In this document: positions 40,901 through 49,883 of the stretch, piece after piece
Numbering within the stretch: the first letter of the stretch is position 1
Layout of the letters: each line of letters begins with the position of its first letter
Source: Minisyncoccota bacterium
GTDB lineage: Bacteria > Patescibacteriota > Minisyncoccia > Phycocordibacterales > UBA9973
NCBI GenBank assembly: GCA_035491955.1
Contig: DATJJU010000015.1
Span: 30,440 to 94,439 of the forward strand
DNA: 64,000 nucleotides
Reading direction: 5' to 3'
The notes under the pieces: generated by a model
Told to the model about the DNA's origin: nothing
Database searches by the model: none
Seen by the model: the letters and a program-made list of their open reading frames with translations, nothing else
Program-made: the position numbers and the translations under genes

Positions 40901-41072
40901 GCAGATCAATGGCAAGGTCAGAGGCGAGCTGACGATAGCGGCAGATGCTGACCAAAAATCAATTGAATCTGCCGCGCTGGCACTCCCTCGCATCCAAGAA
41001 TATCTGGCTGGAAAAACTGTCAAAAAGGTCATAGTTATCCCCGCCAAAATTGTTAGCATTGTGGTAGAATAA
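37980..41072 (+). CDS. leuS: Leucine--tRNA ligase with inserted Nudix domain and palindrome-encoded peptide
   Basis: MFPYPSGAGLHVGH, FTTRPDT, GTGAVMAVPAHDERD, RQRYWG, GGAEHA, KMSK. Confidence 0.97.
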   Translation: MKPKQAKPAHYDHAKVEKKWQKAWEEKGTYKTEDPTKNNKKQKKKMYVLDMFPYPSGAGLHVGHPRGYIGSDVYARMKRMNGFNVLHPMGFDSFGLPAEQYAIATGKHPGPFTDSLVKQYKKQLEIIGFSYDWSREVDTHRPEYYKWTQWIFLQLYDAWYDKKKNKARTIAELIALFEKSGNRSVDAVTDIEETFSAKEWRTFSQLEKQEILMHYRLAYEGFGEVNWSEDLGTVLANDEIVDGPNGPVSERGGFPVIKKAMRQWFMRITAYADRLLEGLEDINWPNNIKEIQRNWIGRSEGSEIEFQLVAAPKEPLAGQTPPTPHPKVLSSSPLGSVGVFTTRPDTLFGVTYIVLAPEHALVEDLKNAITNWSEVEKYIKDISKKDEAERTSAEKVKTGIQLKGITAINPANGEEVPVWIADYVLAGYGTGAVMAVPAHDERDFAFATKYKLPIKEVIRPVIIDDKNPHQKGKPLVSRNVVHALVFDPKQKKYLIIRNKKFGWDTTIIGGIEGDENPVDAALRELREETGYIDLTFKRLLGGTTKAAYYTKHKGENRIAVAQPVYFELASDKRVAIGNDEDEANEILWVSAKDFVPEKMVNSEFAIWLARLSNEHGAAYTGEGELINSDDFNELSSEEAKKAITVFVKGKIVTKYRMRDAIFARQRYWGEPIPLRHQTNGLIAPLKEKELPLELPNVKSYQPAGTGESPLASVKSWVKEGYETNTMPGWAGSSWYFLRYMDPANAKAFAGEKALNYWKDVDMYVGGAEHATGHLLYSRFWHKFLFDMGYVPTKEPFKTLKNQGLIGGADGRKMSKRWGNVINPDDVVKTYGADSLRVFEMFLGPFESHLPWSTEGIIGSRRFIERVWRLATSVRIANEGSTRILHKTIKKVTDDIENFAFNTAVSSLMICLNEFEKSGVSEKDFVIFLQLLAPFAPHVADELWNELGGKGSIHTSAWPKHNPKYLVEKEVSIGVQINGKVRGELTIAADADQKSIESAALALPRIQEYLAGKTVKKVIVIPAKIVSIVVE
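38902..38981. repeat. Palindromic element within the leuS coding sequence
   Basis: Perfect 15-bp arms 38914-38928/38955-38969 and outer 7-bp arms TAGTGGC/GCCACTA. Confidence 0.85.
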
Positions 41073-41077
41073 GCATT

Positions 41078-43462
41078 ATGTATCAGAATACCATTCGCAA
41101 ATTTAACATTATTTCTTTTAGTATTATCACTGGTCTTTGCATACTTTTGCCGTTCTTTTTTCTTCCCGCAACCTTGAGCGGTCTTGGAGCGACTAAGGCC
41201 GTCCTCTTATATGTTGCAGTATTCTTGGCATTCTCATTTTGGCTTATCGCGCAATTTCTAGAAGGAACATTCAAAGTTCCAAAACACAAAGCGTTGCTTG
41301 CTCTCGGTATTTGGGTAGTGCTCGCATTTGTTGGAGCGCTGACATCAAAGAACGTAAACGTGTCACTGTGGGGCAGAGGCTTTGCGCTGGATTCATTTGC
41401 AACCGTTCTTGTGATCGGACTCTTTACTTTTCTTGTTGCATCCTTTGCTCGCGATCAGCGTCGCTTAGTTCAGCTTTTCCTCGCCGCCTTTGGCGGTTCT
41501 GTTATTACAGTATTTCTTCAGGTTATTCTGTATGCTTGTCGGAATATCTCGTTTGTTTCAAAATATCTTGCTCATGTTACGACGCAAGGCACATTGGTCG
41601 GTTCTTGGATAGATTTTGCATACTTTGTCATCTTCACATTCCTTCTGGCCTTGATGATGTTTGAAGTGCTTGCTCCAAAAGGCCTCTTTAAAAAGCTGTC
41701 ACTTTTTGCCATCATTCTTTCGTTGGTTGTATTGGTATTCTTGAATTTCTCATTGGCATGGGTCATTACGATCGCTTCTGCATTGCTTGTCTTCGTGTAT
41801 AAGTCTTCTGTCGAGCGCTCACTTTCGAAAATGTTTGCTGCTAAGCGCGGTACTGACCAAGAGCTTGAAGGGGATCCCTCACAGCGTTTTCCTCTAATGT
41901 CTTTCATCTCGTTATTGGTGGGACTATTCTTCTTCTTGAGCAATGGTTCAATCGGTGCAAGTATCGCTCGTTCCGTTGGCATTTCATTTACTGATATCCG
42001 TCCTTCATTTGGCACTACTATGCATGTCATGCGCGCTTCATTAGCTCACAATCCTATCTTTGGAGCAGGCGCTGGCCGTTTTGCTGATGCATGGAATTTG
42101 TACCACCCGCTCACTATCAATAGCACCGTCTTCTGGAATACATCATTTGATACAGGGTACAGCTTCTTGCAGTCTATCTTCACTACCAACGGTATCTTGC
42201 CAACCCTCTTTCTTTTGGCTGCGTTGGTGCTTGTTATCATGCACGGTTTTAAGCTTTTCAATTATCAGTTTCCAGATCGCTTCAGCCGTTTCATTGGTGT
42301 AGCATCGGTGATCACTGTTGTAGCATTCCTATGCTTGATCATCTTTGCTTCTCCTGGCCTGGTTCTTGTCACTATCGGCTTCCTTTACTTCGGCCTACTG
42401 CTCGGTGTTTCAACATTGGTAGGCAAGACTAAACTTACCTCGTTTAACTACCTCCAAGATCCTCGCGCAAGCTTCTTCGCTATCCTGGCTATCGTGGTAG
42501 CTGCTATGGCAGGGTTCTCAGCGGTCTATTTCAGCGGCAATCGTTTCGCTAGTGTTATCTATTACAACCGTGCTCTTGCGGCACAAGATCAAGCCACTGC
42601 TCTCGATCGTTTGAACAAATCTATTTCTCTTTCCCCGAACGATATTTATTGGCGTACACGCACTCAGCTCTTTACCGGTGAATTTAATACGGCAGCACAT
42701 CAGACGAGTCCTGATAAAAGCCAGCTTCAATCACTCTTTAGTGGTGCAGAACAAAGTGCTCAAGGAGCAGTAGCGTGGGATCAGCACACGGCTGATAACT
42801 GGCTTGCACTTAGTCAGGTCTATCAATTGGTAGCAAATGCTCAAAACGCCGATGCATATACGCAAGGCAAAGCTGCTGCGGATCAAGCCATTGCTCTTAA
42901 TCCTAGCAACCCTGTCTACACGTTGAACGAGGCACAGCTCGCGCTGACAAAGCAGGATACAAGTAGCGCACTAAGCTATATTTCAAAAGCTTTGTCTTTG
43001 AAGCGAGATTATCTCGATGCATATGTTTTGAAGGCTCAGATTGAACTATCACAAGGGGATACCAATGCAGGCGTACGTGAAATGACTGCATACACACAAG
43101 TTGCGCCATATGATGATCAAGGATACCTATTGCTCGGCCAAGTACAGTTGCAGCAAAAAGATTATAACGATGCTCTGTTCGCATTTGCACGCGCTCGCGA
43201 TCTTGCTCCAACCAATCCAAACGACTACATCCAATACATCAGCGCCCTGGAAACTGCAGGACAAAATGCACAAGCTATCAGCGCTCTCCAAGACTTCCAT
43301 AAGCGCTTCCCAAATATTAACGGTGTTGATCAACAAATACAGCGACTACAGAATATGCCTACGCAGTCTAATCCTCTTGTTGCTCCTACTGCAGCAAACA
43401 CTGTTCCCTCTATCACTACCAACGCTTCTTCTGACGCTGCTACAGCGAAAAAGAAGAAGTAG
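41078..43462 (+). CDS. O-antigen-ligase-like polytopic membrane protein with C-terminal TPR repeats
   Basis: About 12 TM helices, PIFGAGAGRF (Wzy_C-like), TPR-like A..L.P repeats at the C-terminus. Confidence 0.75.
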   Translation: MYQNTIRKFNIISFSIITGLCILLPFFFLPATLSGLGATKAVLLYVAVFLAFSFWLIAQFLEGTFKVPKHKALLALGIWVVLAFVGALTSKNVNVSLWGRGFALDSFATVLVIGLFTFLVASFARDQRRLVQLFLAAFGGSVITVFLQVILYACRNISFVSKYLAHVTTQGTLVGSWIDFAYFVIFTFLLALMMFEVLAPKGLFKKLSLFAIILSLVVLVFLNFSLAWVITIASALLVFVYKSSVERSLSKMFAAKRGTDQELEGDPSQRFPLMSFISLLVGLFFFLSNGSIGASIARSVGISFTDIRPSFGTTMHVMRASLAHNPIFGAGAGRFADAWNLYHPLTINSTVFWNTSFDTGYSFLQSIFTTNGILPTLFLLAALVLVIMHGFKLFNYQFPDRFSRFIGVASVITVVAFLCLIIFASPGLVLVTIGFLYFGLLLGVSTLVGKTKLTSFNYLQDPRASFFAILAIVVAAMAGFSAVYFSGNRFASVIYYNRALAAQDQATALDRLNKSISLSPNDIYWRTRTQLFTGEFNTAAHQTSPDKSQLQSLFSGAEQSAQGAVAWDQHTADNWLALSQVYQLVANAQNADAYTQGKAAADQAIALNPSNPVYTLNEAQLALTKQDTSSALSYISKALSLKRDYLDAYVLKAQIELSQGDTNAGVREMTAYTQVAPYDDQGYLLLGQVQLQQKDYNDALFAFARARDLAPTNPNDYIQYISALETAGQNAQAISALQDFHKRFPNINGVDQQIQRLQNMPTQSNPLVAPTAANTVPSITTNASSDAATAKKKK

Positions 43463-43465
43463 TAC

Positions 43466-45172
43466 ATGGTCTCCAAGATAATAAAATTTTTAAACCGCGA
43501 TCTTTTTACTATGAACCAGGCTGCCCTGGTTCTTGCGGTTTTTTCTTTTCTTTCTCAAGTTTTCGGCCTCTTGCGCGATCACTTACTGGCTTCTCTCGTC
43601 GGTCCTGGTACTAGCCTTGATACATACTATGCGGCCTTTCGTATTCCTGACCTGGTATACAACTCATTCGGCATGTTCTTTTCTGTGACCGTCTTGATTC
43701 CTTTTATCGCACAGTATGTAGAACAGGAAAAAATAGATGGGCACAATGGCGCTATGAAGCGTTTCCTCAATAGCATTTTCAGTGTCTTTATGATCGGCAT
43801 GGTCGCACTATCATTGATATTGATCATACTGATGCCATGGCTTACTCGTGTCATAGCACCAGGATTTAATGGTGCTGAACATATGCACCTTGTCTTCTAT
43901 TCTCGCATCATGCTGATCTCGCCGTTACTTTTTGGTCTTGCAAGCTTGCTTAGTTCCTTCTCTCAGGTACAGAAAAAATTCTTTGCCTTTGCTATTGCGC
44001 CAGTCATGTATAATTTCGGTATCTTGCTTGGCATTGTGGCATTACGACCAATCTTCGGAATAACCGGCGTGGTTTTCGGCGTAGTGATTGGCGCTATTTT
44101 GTACTTTGGCGTACAGGTGCCGACATTGATCAAATTGGGGAAAATACCAAAATTTACATTCGGTATTGATTGGCCAACGATCAAGAGGGTCATCCTTTTA
44201 TCATTGCCGCGAACACTGAGTTCTTCTCTAAACTACATCACCTTCATTATCATCGGCGCTTTTGCTTCATTGCTTGCAGCCGGCTCTATTTCTATTTTTC
44301 AATTTTCATACAATATAGAAAACACTCCGTTGCTTATTATTGGCGTATCGTATGCTGTCGCAGCATTTCCTGCTATGACCAAAGTCTATGCAGCAGGGGA
44401 TAAGAAAGAGCTGATGAATATTTTGTATCGTACAACGCGAAATATTTTCTTTCTCTGCATTCCTGTATCACTGCTCATGATTATCTTGCGCGCTCATATC
44501 GTACGACTATTGCTCGGTGCAGGGGTATTCTCATGGAACGATACGCGCTTGGTAGCGGCAGCTGTGGCATTATTCGCACTGTCTATCGTGGCGCAGTCTC
44601 TGGAACTCCTTCTCATCAGAGCATTCTTTGCCATAGGAGACACCAAGACACCGCTTATCATTAACAGCTGGTCTACTGTCCTGACTATTGGCTCTGCTGT
44701 CGGATTGGTATTTTTTTATCACTACAATTTCTTCTTTAATGCTTTTATAAACAGCCTGATGCGCATTGACGGTACGGTAGGGGCGAGCGTTATATTGCTG
44801 CCGCTCGGATTTTCAATAGGAGAAAGTATTAATGCCTGGGCACTGTGGGTGGCATTCAAGAAGAAGCTACAAGTATCAAAAAGCGAAGATAGGACATTTA
44901 CGCGCAATATCATGTATATGATAGAAGCAAGTATTCTGGCTGCCGCAGCAGCATACGGCATGCTTATGGTGACAGGGGGCAATACGGTAGTGCAAACGCG
45001 CTTCTTCGGAGTACTTCTTCAGGCAGTTATTGCAACGGCAGTGGGCGCAGCAGTCTACGGTATCGTACTGAAAGCACTGCGCAATGAAGATCTTGCACTG
45101 TTTATGGAAACTGCAAAATCCCGCTTCTGGAAGCAGAAACCTGTCGTTGTTCAAGAACAGCAGGAACTATAA
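43466..45172 (+). CDS. murJ: Lipid II flippase MurJ/MviN
   Basis: SQVFGLLRD, DTYYAAFRIPD, APVMYN, RAFFAIGDTKTP; multiple TM helices. Confidence 0.92.
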   Translation: MVSKIIKFLNRDLFTMNQAALVLAVFSFLSQVFGLLRDHLLASLVGPGTSLDTYYAAFRIPDLVYNSFGMFFSVTVLIPFIAQYVEQEKIDGHNGAMKRFLNSIFSVFMIGMVALSLILIILMPWLTRVIAPGFNGAEHMHLVFYSRIMLISPLLFGLASLLSSFSQVQKKFFAFAIAPVMYNFGILLGIVALRPIFGITGVVFGVVIGAILYFGVQVPTLIKLGKIPKFTFGIDWPTIKRVILLSLPRTLSSSLNYITFIIIGAFASLLAAGSISIFQFSYNIENTPLLIIGVSYAVAAFPAMTKVYAAGDKKELMNILYRTTRNIFFLCIPVSLLMIILRAHIVRLLLGAGVFSWNDTRLVAAAVALFALSIVAQSLELLLIRAFFAIGDTKTPLIINSWSTVLTIGSAVGLVFFYHYNFFFNAFINSLMRIDGTVGASVILLPLGFSIGESINAWALWVAFKKKLQVSKSEDRTFTRNIMYMIEASILAAAAAYGMLMVTGGNTVVQTRFFGVLLQAVIATAVGAAVYGIVLKALRNEDLALFMETAKSRFWKQKPVVVQEQQEL

Positions 45173-45194
45173 AAGTATGGTATAGTCAGGCCAC

Positions 45195-46985
45195 ATGAAG
45201 CTCAAAAACATTAGAAATTTCAGCATTATTGCGCATATTGATCACGGCAAGTCCACTCTGGCAGACCGCATGCTTGAGGTCACAGGAACCATTGAGGCAC
45301 GCAAAATGCGCGATCAAGTTCTCGACAATATGGAGCTTGAACGGGAACGCGGCATTACTATCAAGATGCAGCCTGTTCGTATGCTTTGGAATTCATACAT
45401 GCTCAATCTTATTGATACTCCCGGCCACATCGACTTTTCATACGAGGTTTCCCGTGCCCTGAAAGCTGTTGAGGGTTCATTGCTTTTAGTGGACTCAACG
45501 CAGGGCGTGCAGGCTCAAACGCTTACCACGCTGGCTATGGCTCGTGAGTCAGGTCTAGTTATTATTCCATGTCTTACAAAAGTTGATTCACCATTGGCGC
45601 GCATTGAAGAAACAACATTGGAAATCTGCAAGCTTATCGGTTGTGATATTGATGATGTATTAAAAGTTTCCGGAAAAACAGGCGAGGGTGTGAAAGAGTT
45701 GCTGCAAGCGATTGTTGATCGCATCCCTGCTCCTGCCGAGCCAACCGAAGAGATTGGTACAAAAACCCAAGCACTCGTCTTTGATTTTAGTTATTCGAAC
45801 CATAAAGGAGTTATCGTCTTTGTGCGAATGTTTGGTGGGCGAGTGGCAAAAGGCGACACATTACTCTTCGCTGCAAGTAAACAGCAGTTTCAAGCGCTGG
45901 AGGTAGGAGTCTTTACTCCCGATGCAACAGCTCAAGATACAATTGAGTCCGGTACTATTGGCTACATTGTGACAGGTATCAAGCAGCCGGGTATTGCTTC
46001 TGTCGGTGATACGATTGTTTCTTCAAAGAACAGCGCCGTTGCATTGCCAGGTTATAGCCAACCTCGTCCTGTAGTATGGGCTTCTATTTATCCTGAGAGT
46101 CAGGACGACTTTGATGAGCTTCGCATGGCATTGGGCCGCCTTCGCTTATCTGACTCGGCGTTTTCTTTTGAAGAAGAAGTATCAGGAGCATTGGGTCGCG
46201 GCTACCGCTGTGGCTTCTTGGGTATGTTGCACTTGGAGATTATCACTGAGCGTCTTCGTCGTGAGTTCAATCTGGAGCTGATTGTGACCATGCCATCTAT
46301 TACGTATGAAATTGAAACACGCAAACACGAGCGCATCATTGTGTACTCTCCGCACCTTTTCCCGGACGACGGCACTATCACCACTGTTTATGAACCCTGG
46401 GTAAATGTCTCTATTATTACTCCTGAGAGCTATGTAGGGGTGCTCATGCCGTTTCTCTATGAGCACGAAGCAACGGTGGAAGACATGGAACAATTTGGTG
46501 ATGACCGTGCTAAGATCGCAGCGGTCATGCCGCTCCGTGAATTGATGCGCAATTTCTTTGACGGGATGAAGAGCCTTACCTCTGGGTATGCATCTATTGC
46601 CTATGAGCAGGGAGCATTACGCGAGGCTGATGTGGTGCGCATGGATATCATTATTGGCGATGAAGAACAGCATGCATTTACTCGCATTGTTTCTCGTCGT
46701 CGCCTGCAAGACGAAGCCGAAGAGTTTGTTGAGCGTCTCGAAAGGATCATGCCTCGCCAGCAGGTGGTGATGAAGATTCAAGCAAGAGCCTTGGGAAAAA
46801 TCATTGCCTCACGCACGCTAAAAGCTTTTCGAAAGGATGTTACCGCTCATTTATATGGCGGAGACTACTCTCGAAAACTCAAGCTTTTGGAAAAACAAAA
46901 GAAAGGAAAGAAGAAGATGCGGGAGAACATGAATGTTAACATTCCGCACGACGTCTTTATTAAAGTAATGAAGCAAACTGACTAG
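45195..46985 (+). CDS. lepA: Elongation factor 4
   Basis: RNFSIIAHIDHGKSTLADR, DTPGH, GFLGMLHLEI, YGGD..KLLEKQKKGKKKM. Confidence 0.98.
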   Translation: MKLKNIRNFSIIAHIDHGKSTLADRMLEVTGTIEARKMRDQVLDNMELERERGITIKMQPVRMLWNSYMLNLIDTPGHIDFSYEVSRALKAVEGSLLLVDSTQGVQAQTLTTLAMARESGLVIIPCLTKVDSPLARIEETTLEICKLIGCDIDDVLKVSGKTGEGVKELLQAIVDRIPAPAEPTEEIGTKTQALVFDFSYSNHKGVIVFVRMFGGRVAKGDTLLFAASKQQFQALEVGVFTPDATAQDTIESGTIGYIVTGIKQPGIASVGDTIVSSKNSAVALPGYSQPRPVVWASIYPESQDDFDELRMALGRLRLSDSAFSFEEEVSGALGRGYRCGFLGMLHLEIITERLRREFNLELIVTMPSITYEIETRKHERIIVYSPHLFPDDGTITTVYEPWVNVSIITPESYVGVLMPFLYEHEATVEDMEQFGDDRAKIAAVMPLRELMRNFFDGMKSLTSGYASIAYEQGALREADVVRMDIIIGDEEQHAFTRIVSRRRLQDEAEEFVERLERIMPRQQVVMKIQARALGKIIASRTLKAFRKDVTAHLYGGDYSRKLKLLEKQKKGKKKMRENMNVNIPHDVFIKVMKQTD

Positions 46986-47092
46986 TGAGTCAGGAGAGGA
47001 ATAATGGTAAACAGAAGCATCCCGACAATCATGATGACGGAAAATATTTTCCATGCCAAATCTACCTTTTTTCTGTTATGATTGAATAGCAT
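46982..47092 (-). CDS. 36-aa single-TM peptide (not in ORF track)
   Basis: MLFNHNRKKVDLAWKIFSVIMIVGMLLFTIIPLLTH; TGG-TAGCAT lies 7 nt before the ATG, matching the leaderless pattern. Confidence 0.55.
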   Translation of the reverse strand: MLFNHNRKKVDLAWKIFSVIMIVGMLLFTIIPLLTH

Positions 47093-47112
47093 AACCCTCA
47101 TGCTACCACGCT

Positions 47113-47517
47113 ATGGCAAAAAAGCAATTTCAGCAAACAATCCATGAACCAGTCTCATCCAAGCGCCTTTTAGGGGCTGCGGTAGCGCTCATAATCTTCT
47201 TTTTATTGTTGATGTCAGTTATTCGTTTGGCGGATAAATTTTTCACCATCAAAGCTCGAAGCAAGGAATTGAAAGAAGAGCAGGCTACTCTGACCTCCAA
47301 TCAAAATGAGCTGGTGGCTACCAATTCTTTCTTATCCACGCCAGAAGGCACAGAGGAGTCTCTGAGAGAGCGGTATGACTACTTGAAGCCAGGGGAGGAA
47401 ATGATCATTGTCAGCCCTAATACTGAGGCTACACCACCTCCAGCGCCTCAGCAGACAGGGGTAGCCTATTGGTGGGATGAATTATTAAGAGGCTTAGGCC
47501 TGCGAAAGTCCCCGTAG
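47113..47517 (+). CDS. Septum formation initiator (FtsB/DivIC-like)
   Basis: TM helix, coiled coil, then LSTPEGTEESLRERYDYLKPGEEMI. Confidence 0.8.
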   Translation: MAKKQFQQTIHEPVSSKRLLGAAVALIIFFLLLMSVIRLADKFFTIKARSKELKEEQATLTSNQNELVATNSFLSTPEGTEESLRERYDYLKPGEEMIIVSPNTEATPPPAPQQTGVAYWWDELLRGLGLRKSP

Positions 47518-47538
47518 GCCCTGAGCAAACCGAAGGGT
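47518..47538 (+). repeat. Short CCCTGAG-N-CGAAGGG hairpin repeat, copy 1
   Basis: GCCCTGAGCAAACCGAAGGGT; a second copy lies at 47867. Confidence 0.5.
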
Positions 47539-47598
47539 TGACGACAATGCTATACTATAAGTATAGAAGATGAATTAATAGGAAAAAGAGTTATTACT

Positions 47599-47856
47599 AT
47601 GAAAGATGTAACAATCTATACAACCAATACCTGCCATTTCTGCAACTTAGCAAAGGCTTTCTTCAAGGAGCACAATGTTGCGTATACTGAATACAATGTC
47701 GGTACTGACGTCGAAAAGCGCCAGGAAATGATCAATATGACTCATCAGCTCGGTGTACCTGTTATCGTAGTGGGCGACACAGCAATGGTTGGATTTCAAG
47801 AAAATAAGGTAGCAGAATTGCTCGGCATCAATCAAACAATGCCAATGGCGGCTTAA
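47599..47856 (+). CDS. Glutaredoxin/NrdH-redoxin
   Basis: IYTTNTCHFC, GVPVIVVG, VGF. Confidence 0.92.
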   Translation: MKDVTIYTTNTCHFCNLAKAFFKEHNVAYTEYNVGTDVEKRQEMINMTHQLGVPVIVVGDTAMVGFQENKVAELLGINQTMPMAA

Positions 47857-47866
47857 TGGTCATCAG

Positions 47867-47893
47867 ACCCTGAGGGGCGTAGTCCCGAAGGGC
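47867..47893 (+). repeat. Short CCCTGAG-N-CGAAGGG hairpin repeat, copy 2
   Basis: ACCCTGAGGGGCGTAGTCCCGAAGGGC, abutting the tRNA-Arg 5' end. Confidence 0.5.
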
Positions 47894-47963
47894 TCTTGTA
47901 GTTAAATGGATATAACTGCTCCGTCCTAAGGAGTAATTGTCAGTTCGATTCTGGCCAAGAGCA
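47892..47963 (+). tRNA. tRNA-Arg(CCT)
   Basis: GCTCTTG TA GTTA AATGGATA TAAC T GCTCC GTCCTAA GGAGT AATT GTCAG TTCGATT CTGGC CAAGAGC A. Confidence 0.92.
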
Positions 47964-48004
47964 CAAAGAAAATACCCTTAACGGGGTATTTTCTTTGTGC
48001 TCTT
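47957..48004 (+). terminator. 21-bp perfect hairpin overlapping the tRNA-Arg 3' end
   Basis: AAGAGCACAAAGAAAATACCC-N6-GGGTATTTTCTTTGTGCTCTT. Confidence 0.7.
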
Positions 48005-48046
48005 AAATTAAATAGCCACATGTAGCTGATTTGTTATAATTAGGGC

Positions 48047-48334
48047 ATGGATCCCGATTTAGAAGCACGTCTCGATAACATAGAAAAAATGGTTAGCGAT
48101 AACAACAAGATGCTTACTCGCATGCGTCAGGTTCAGCGCAGAGCGGCATATGTGAGAATCTTGTACTGGGTTATTGGTATCATTTTGGCTATTGCCGCCT
48201 GGTACTACGTACAGCCGTATTTCGAGTCCGTAACGAACGAATATAACACTCTGACAGGAAAAAATACCTCTGGTACCACTACACCTCCGGGCGAGATTAT
48301 GAACCTTATAAATCAGTATACGGGGACGAAGTAG
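48047..48334 (+). CDS. Small single-TM hypothetical protein
   Basis: N-terminal coil, TM ILYWVIGIILAIAAWYYVQP; TATAAT 6 nt before the ATG. Confidence 0.75.
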   Translation: MDPDLEARLDNIEKMVSDNNKMLTRMRQVQRRAAYVRILYWVIGIILAIAAWYYVQPYFESVTNEYNTLTGKNTSGTTTPPGEIMNLINQYTGTK

Positions 48335-48336
48335 CG

Positions 48337-48365
48337 TTGCTTTTCGGGGGTTTTTGCGGTATATT
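48337..48365 (+). promoter_or_regulatory. Promoter for the tRNA-Phe precursor
   Basis: TTGCTT-N17-TATATT. Confidence 0.55.
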
Positions 48366-48463
48366 TGGGTCTGCTCATGTAAGATCTGTACCGGTATACA
48401 GATCTTTCCTGAGCTTCGTTCGGACGTCACAGAAATATAAATATTTCTGTGCGCTCCTCATTC

Positions 48464-48536
48464 GCTCAGGTAGCTCAGTTGGTAGAGCGCTCCCCTGAAG
48501 AGGGATAGGTCACCAGTTCGACCCTGGTCCTGAGCA
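48464..48536 (+). tRNA. tRNA-Phe(GAA)
   Basis: GCTCAGG TA GCTC AGTTGGTA GAGC G CTCCC CTGAAGA GGGAT AGGTC ACCAG TTCGACC CTGGT CCTGAGC A. Confidence 0.93.
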
Positions 48537-48556
48537 CAGAAGAATCAGAGTAAAAT

Positions 48557-48593
48557 ACACAAAAGGGCGCGCCGTCGGCGCGCCCTTTTGTGT
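48557..48593. terminator. Bidirectional intrinsic terminator
   Basis: ACACAAAAGGGCGCGCC-GTC-GGCGCGCCCTTTTGTGT. Confidence 0.85.
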
Positions 48594-48612
48594 TAAATAC
48601 TCAGTGTTTAAC

Positions 48613-49176
48613 CTATATGGACTTGATCTTGAGAGCGGCTTTGCGGCCTTTGTCGAGCTTAGGAAGCTTGATCATGAGGAGCCCGTGGCGTTCGATCGCC
48701 TCGGCATTATCGATGTCTACTTCGATAGGAAGATTGATGACACGTTCAAATGAACCCCAGTAGAGTTCCTGAACATGGTAGCTGTCTTGAGAGATAGCCT
48801 TGTTTTCTTCGCGCTTGCCAGAGATGGCAATAACATCGCGAGTAATATCGATCTTAAGGTGCTCAGGGAGTACGCCCGCTATAAGTGTCTGAATGATAAC
48901 TTCATGAGGGGTCTCGTACACATCGACAGGGAGTTGTCCGATTTCTTCCTCCTCTTGTAAATGTATAGCAGCAGGACCTTCCTCGTCTTCATCCTCTTCT
49001 TCACGCAAAAAGTTACTTACAGGCAACTCGCGTCGCTTCTCAGGTTCAGGTGCGCGTTCTGTTAAAACGGCTTTGCGCACAGGACGCACGTCTTCTACTT
49101 GCTCGTCCATCTCATCTTCAACGTCATTGAAGCGGAGATTGCCGGCTAGTCGTTCAAAAAATGATCTCTTTTTCAT
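48613..49176 (-). CDS. Hsp20/alpha-crystallin family small heat-shock protein
   Basis: LPVDVYET, ISGKR, ELYWGSFERVINLP, GLLMIKLPK. Confidence 0.92.
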   Translation of the reverse strand: MKKRSFFERLAGNLRFNDVEDEMDEQVEDVRPVRKAVLTERAPEPEKRRELPVSNFLREEEDEDEEGPAAIHLQEEEEIGQLPVDVYETPHEVIIQTLIAGVLPEHLKIDITRDVIAISGKREENKAISQDSYHVQELYWGSFERVINLPIEVDIDNAEAIERHGLLMIKLPKLDKGRKAALKIKSI

Positions 49177-49883
49177 GTTGTTTTCAGAATTTCAGCTTGC
49201 TGCATAGGTATGCGTCGAAGCTTTTCAAGAATTATGTGACTAATAATAGCGGCGATCCACAAAAAGCCGTATATCTGGAGCATGCTTGCGGTATCGTTGT
49301 TAAGTATAAAGAAGTTAAACGTTGCATGCAAGAAAATTGCGCCTGCAATACCGACAATAATTGCAAAACCGCGAATAGATTTTGGAAGTATGCTGATACT
49401 AATGCCGATAAAACAGCTTGCAATGGTGTGGAGTAAGGTAGAACCGAAGAATCGCAAGCCTCCTGTCAGTACAATAGCAGTAACATTGCCAACAAGATTC
49501 GGTTGGAAGACATAAAAAATATTTTCTAATGCTGCAAAGCCGAGTGCTACAGCAATAAGGTAGATCGGAGGTTCAATCGGCTTATCATCAAATGCGCTTT
49601 TGTATGCCACGAAATAAAATACGCCAAATTTCACAATCTCTTCTACCGCTGCCCAGGCAATGACCTGATTGTGAGGGTCGGTAATGAGGCCTTTTAAGGA
49701 TTGCTGAACGAATGTTGCTACCAATACGCCTGCTCCCCCTAAAACAAAACATGTTAAAAGCAATCCGAAGGGTTCAGGATGTTCTTTATCAACGTTTAGC
49801 CAAAATAGTAGCCAAATAATAGAAGGAATAAATCCTACCAAGAGGGGAATAAGTAGTGAAGAATTGGCTAGTTGATTGGCCAT
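49173..49883 (-). CDS. prsW: PrsW-family intramembrane metalloprotease
   Basis: HPEP, VEEIVK, GFAALEN, LLH, FLHATFN. Confidence 0.9.
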   Translation of the reverse strand: MANQLANSSLLIPLLVGFIPSIIWLLFWLNVDKEHPEPFGLLLTCFVLGGAGVLVATFVQQSLKGLITDPHNQVIAWAAVEEIVKFGVFYFVAYKSAFDDKPIEPPIYLIAVALGFAALENIFYVFQPNLVGNVTAIVLTGGLRFFGSTLLHTIASCFIGISISILPKSIRGFAIIVGIAGAIFLHATFNFFILNNDTASMLQIYGFLWIAAIISHIILEKLRRIPMQQAEILKTT

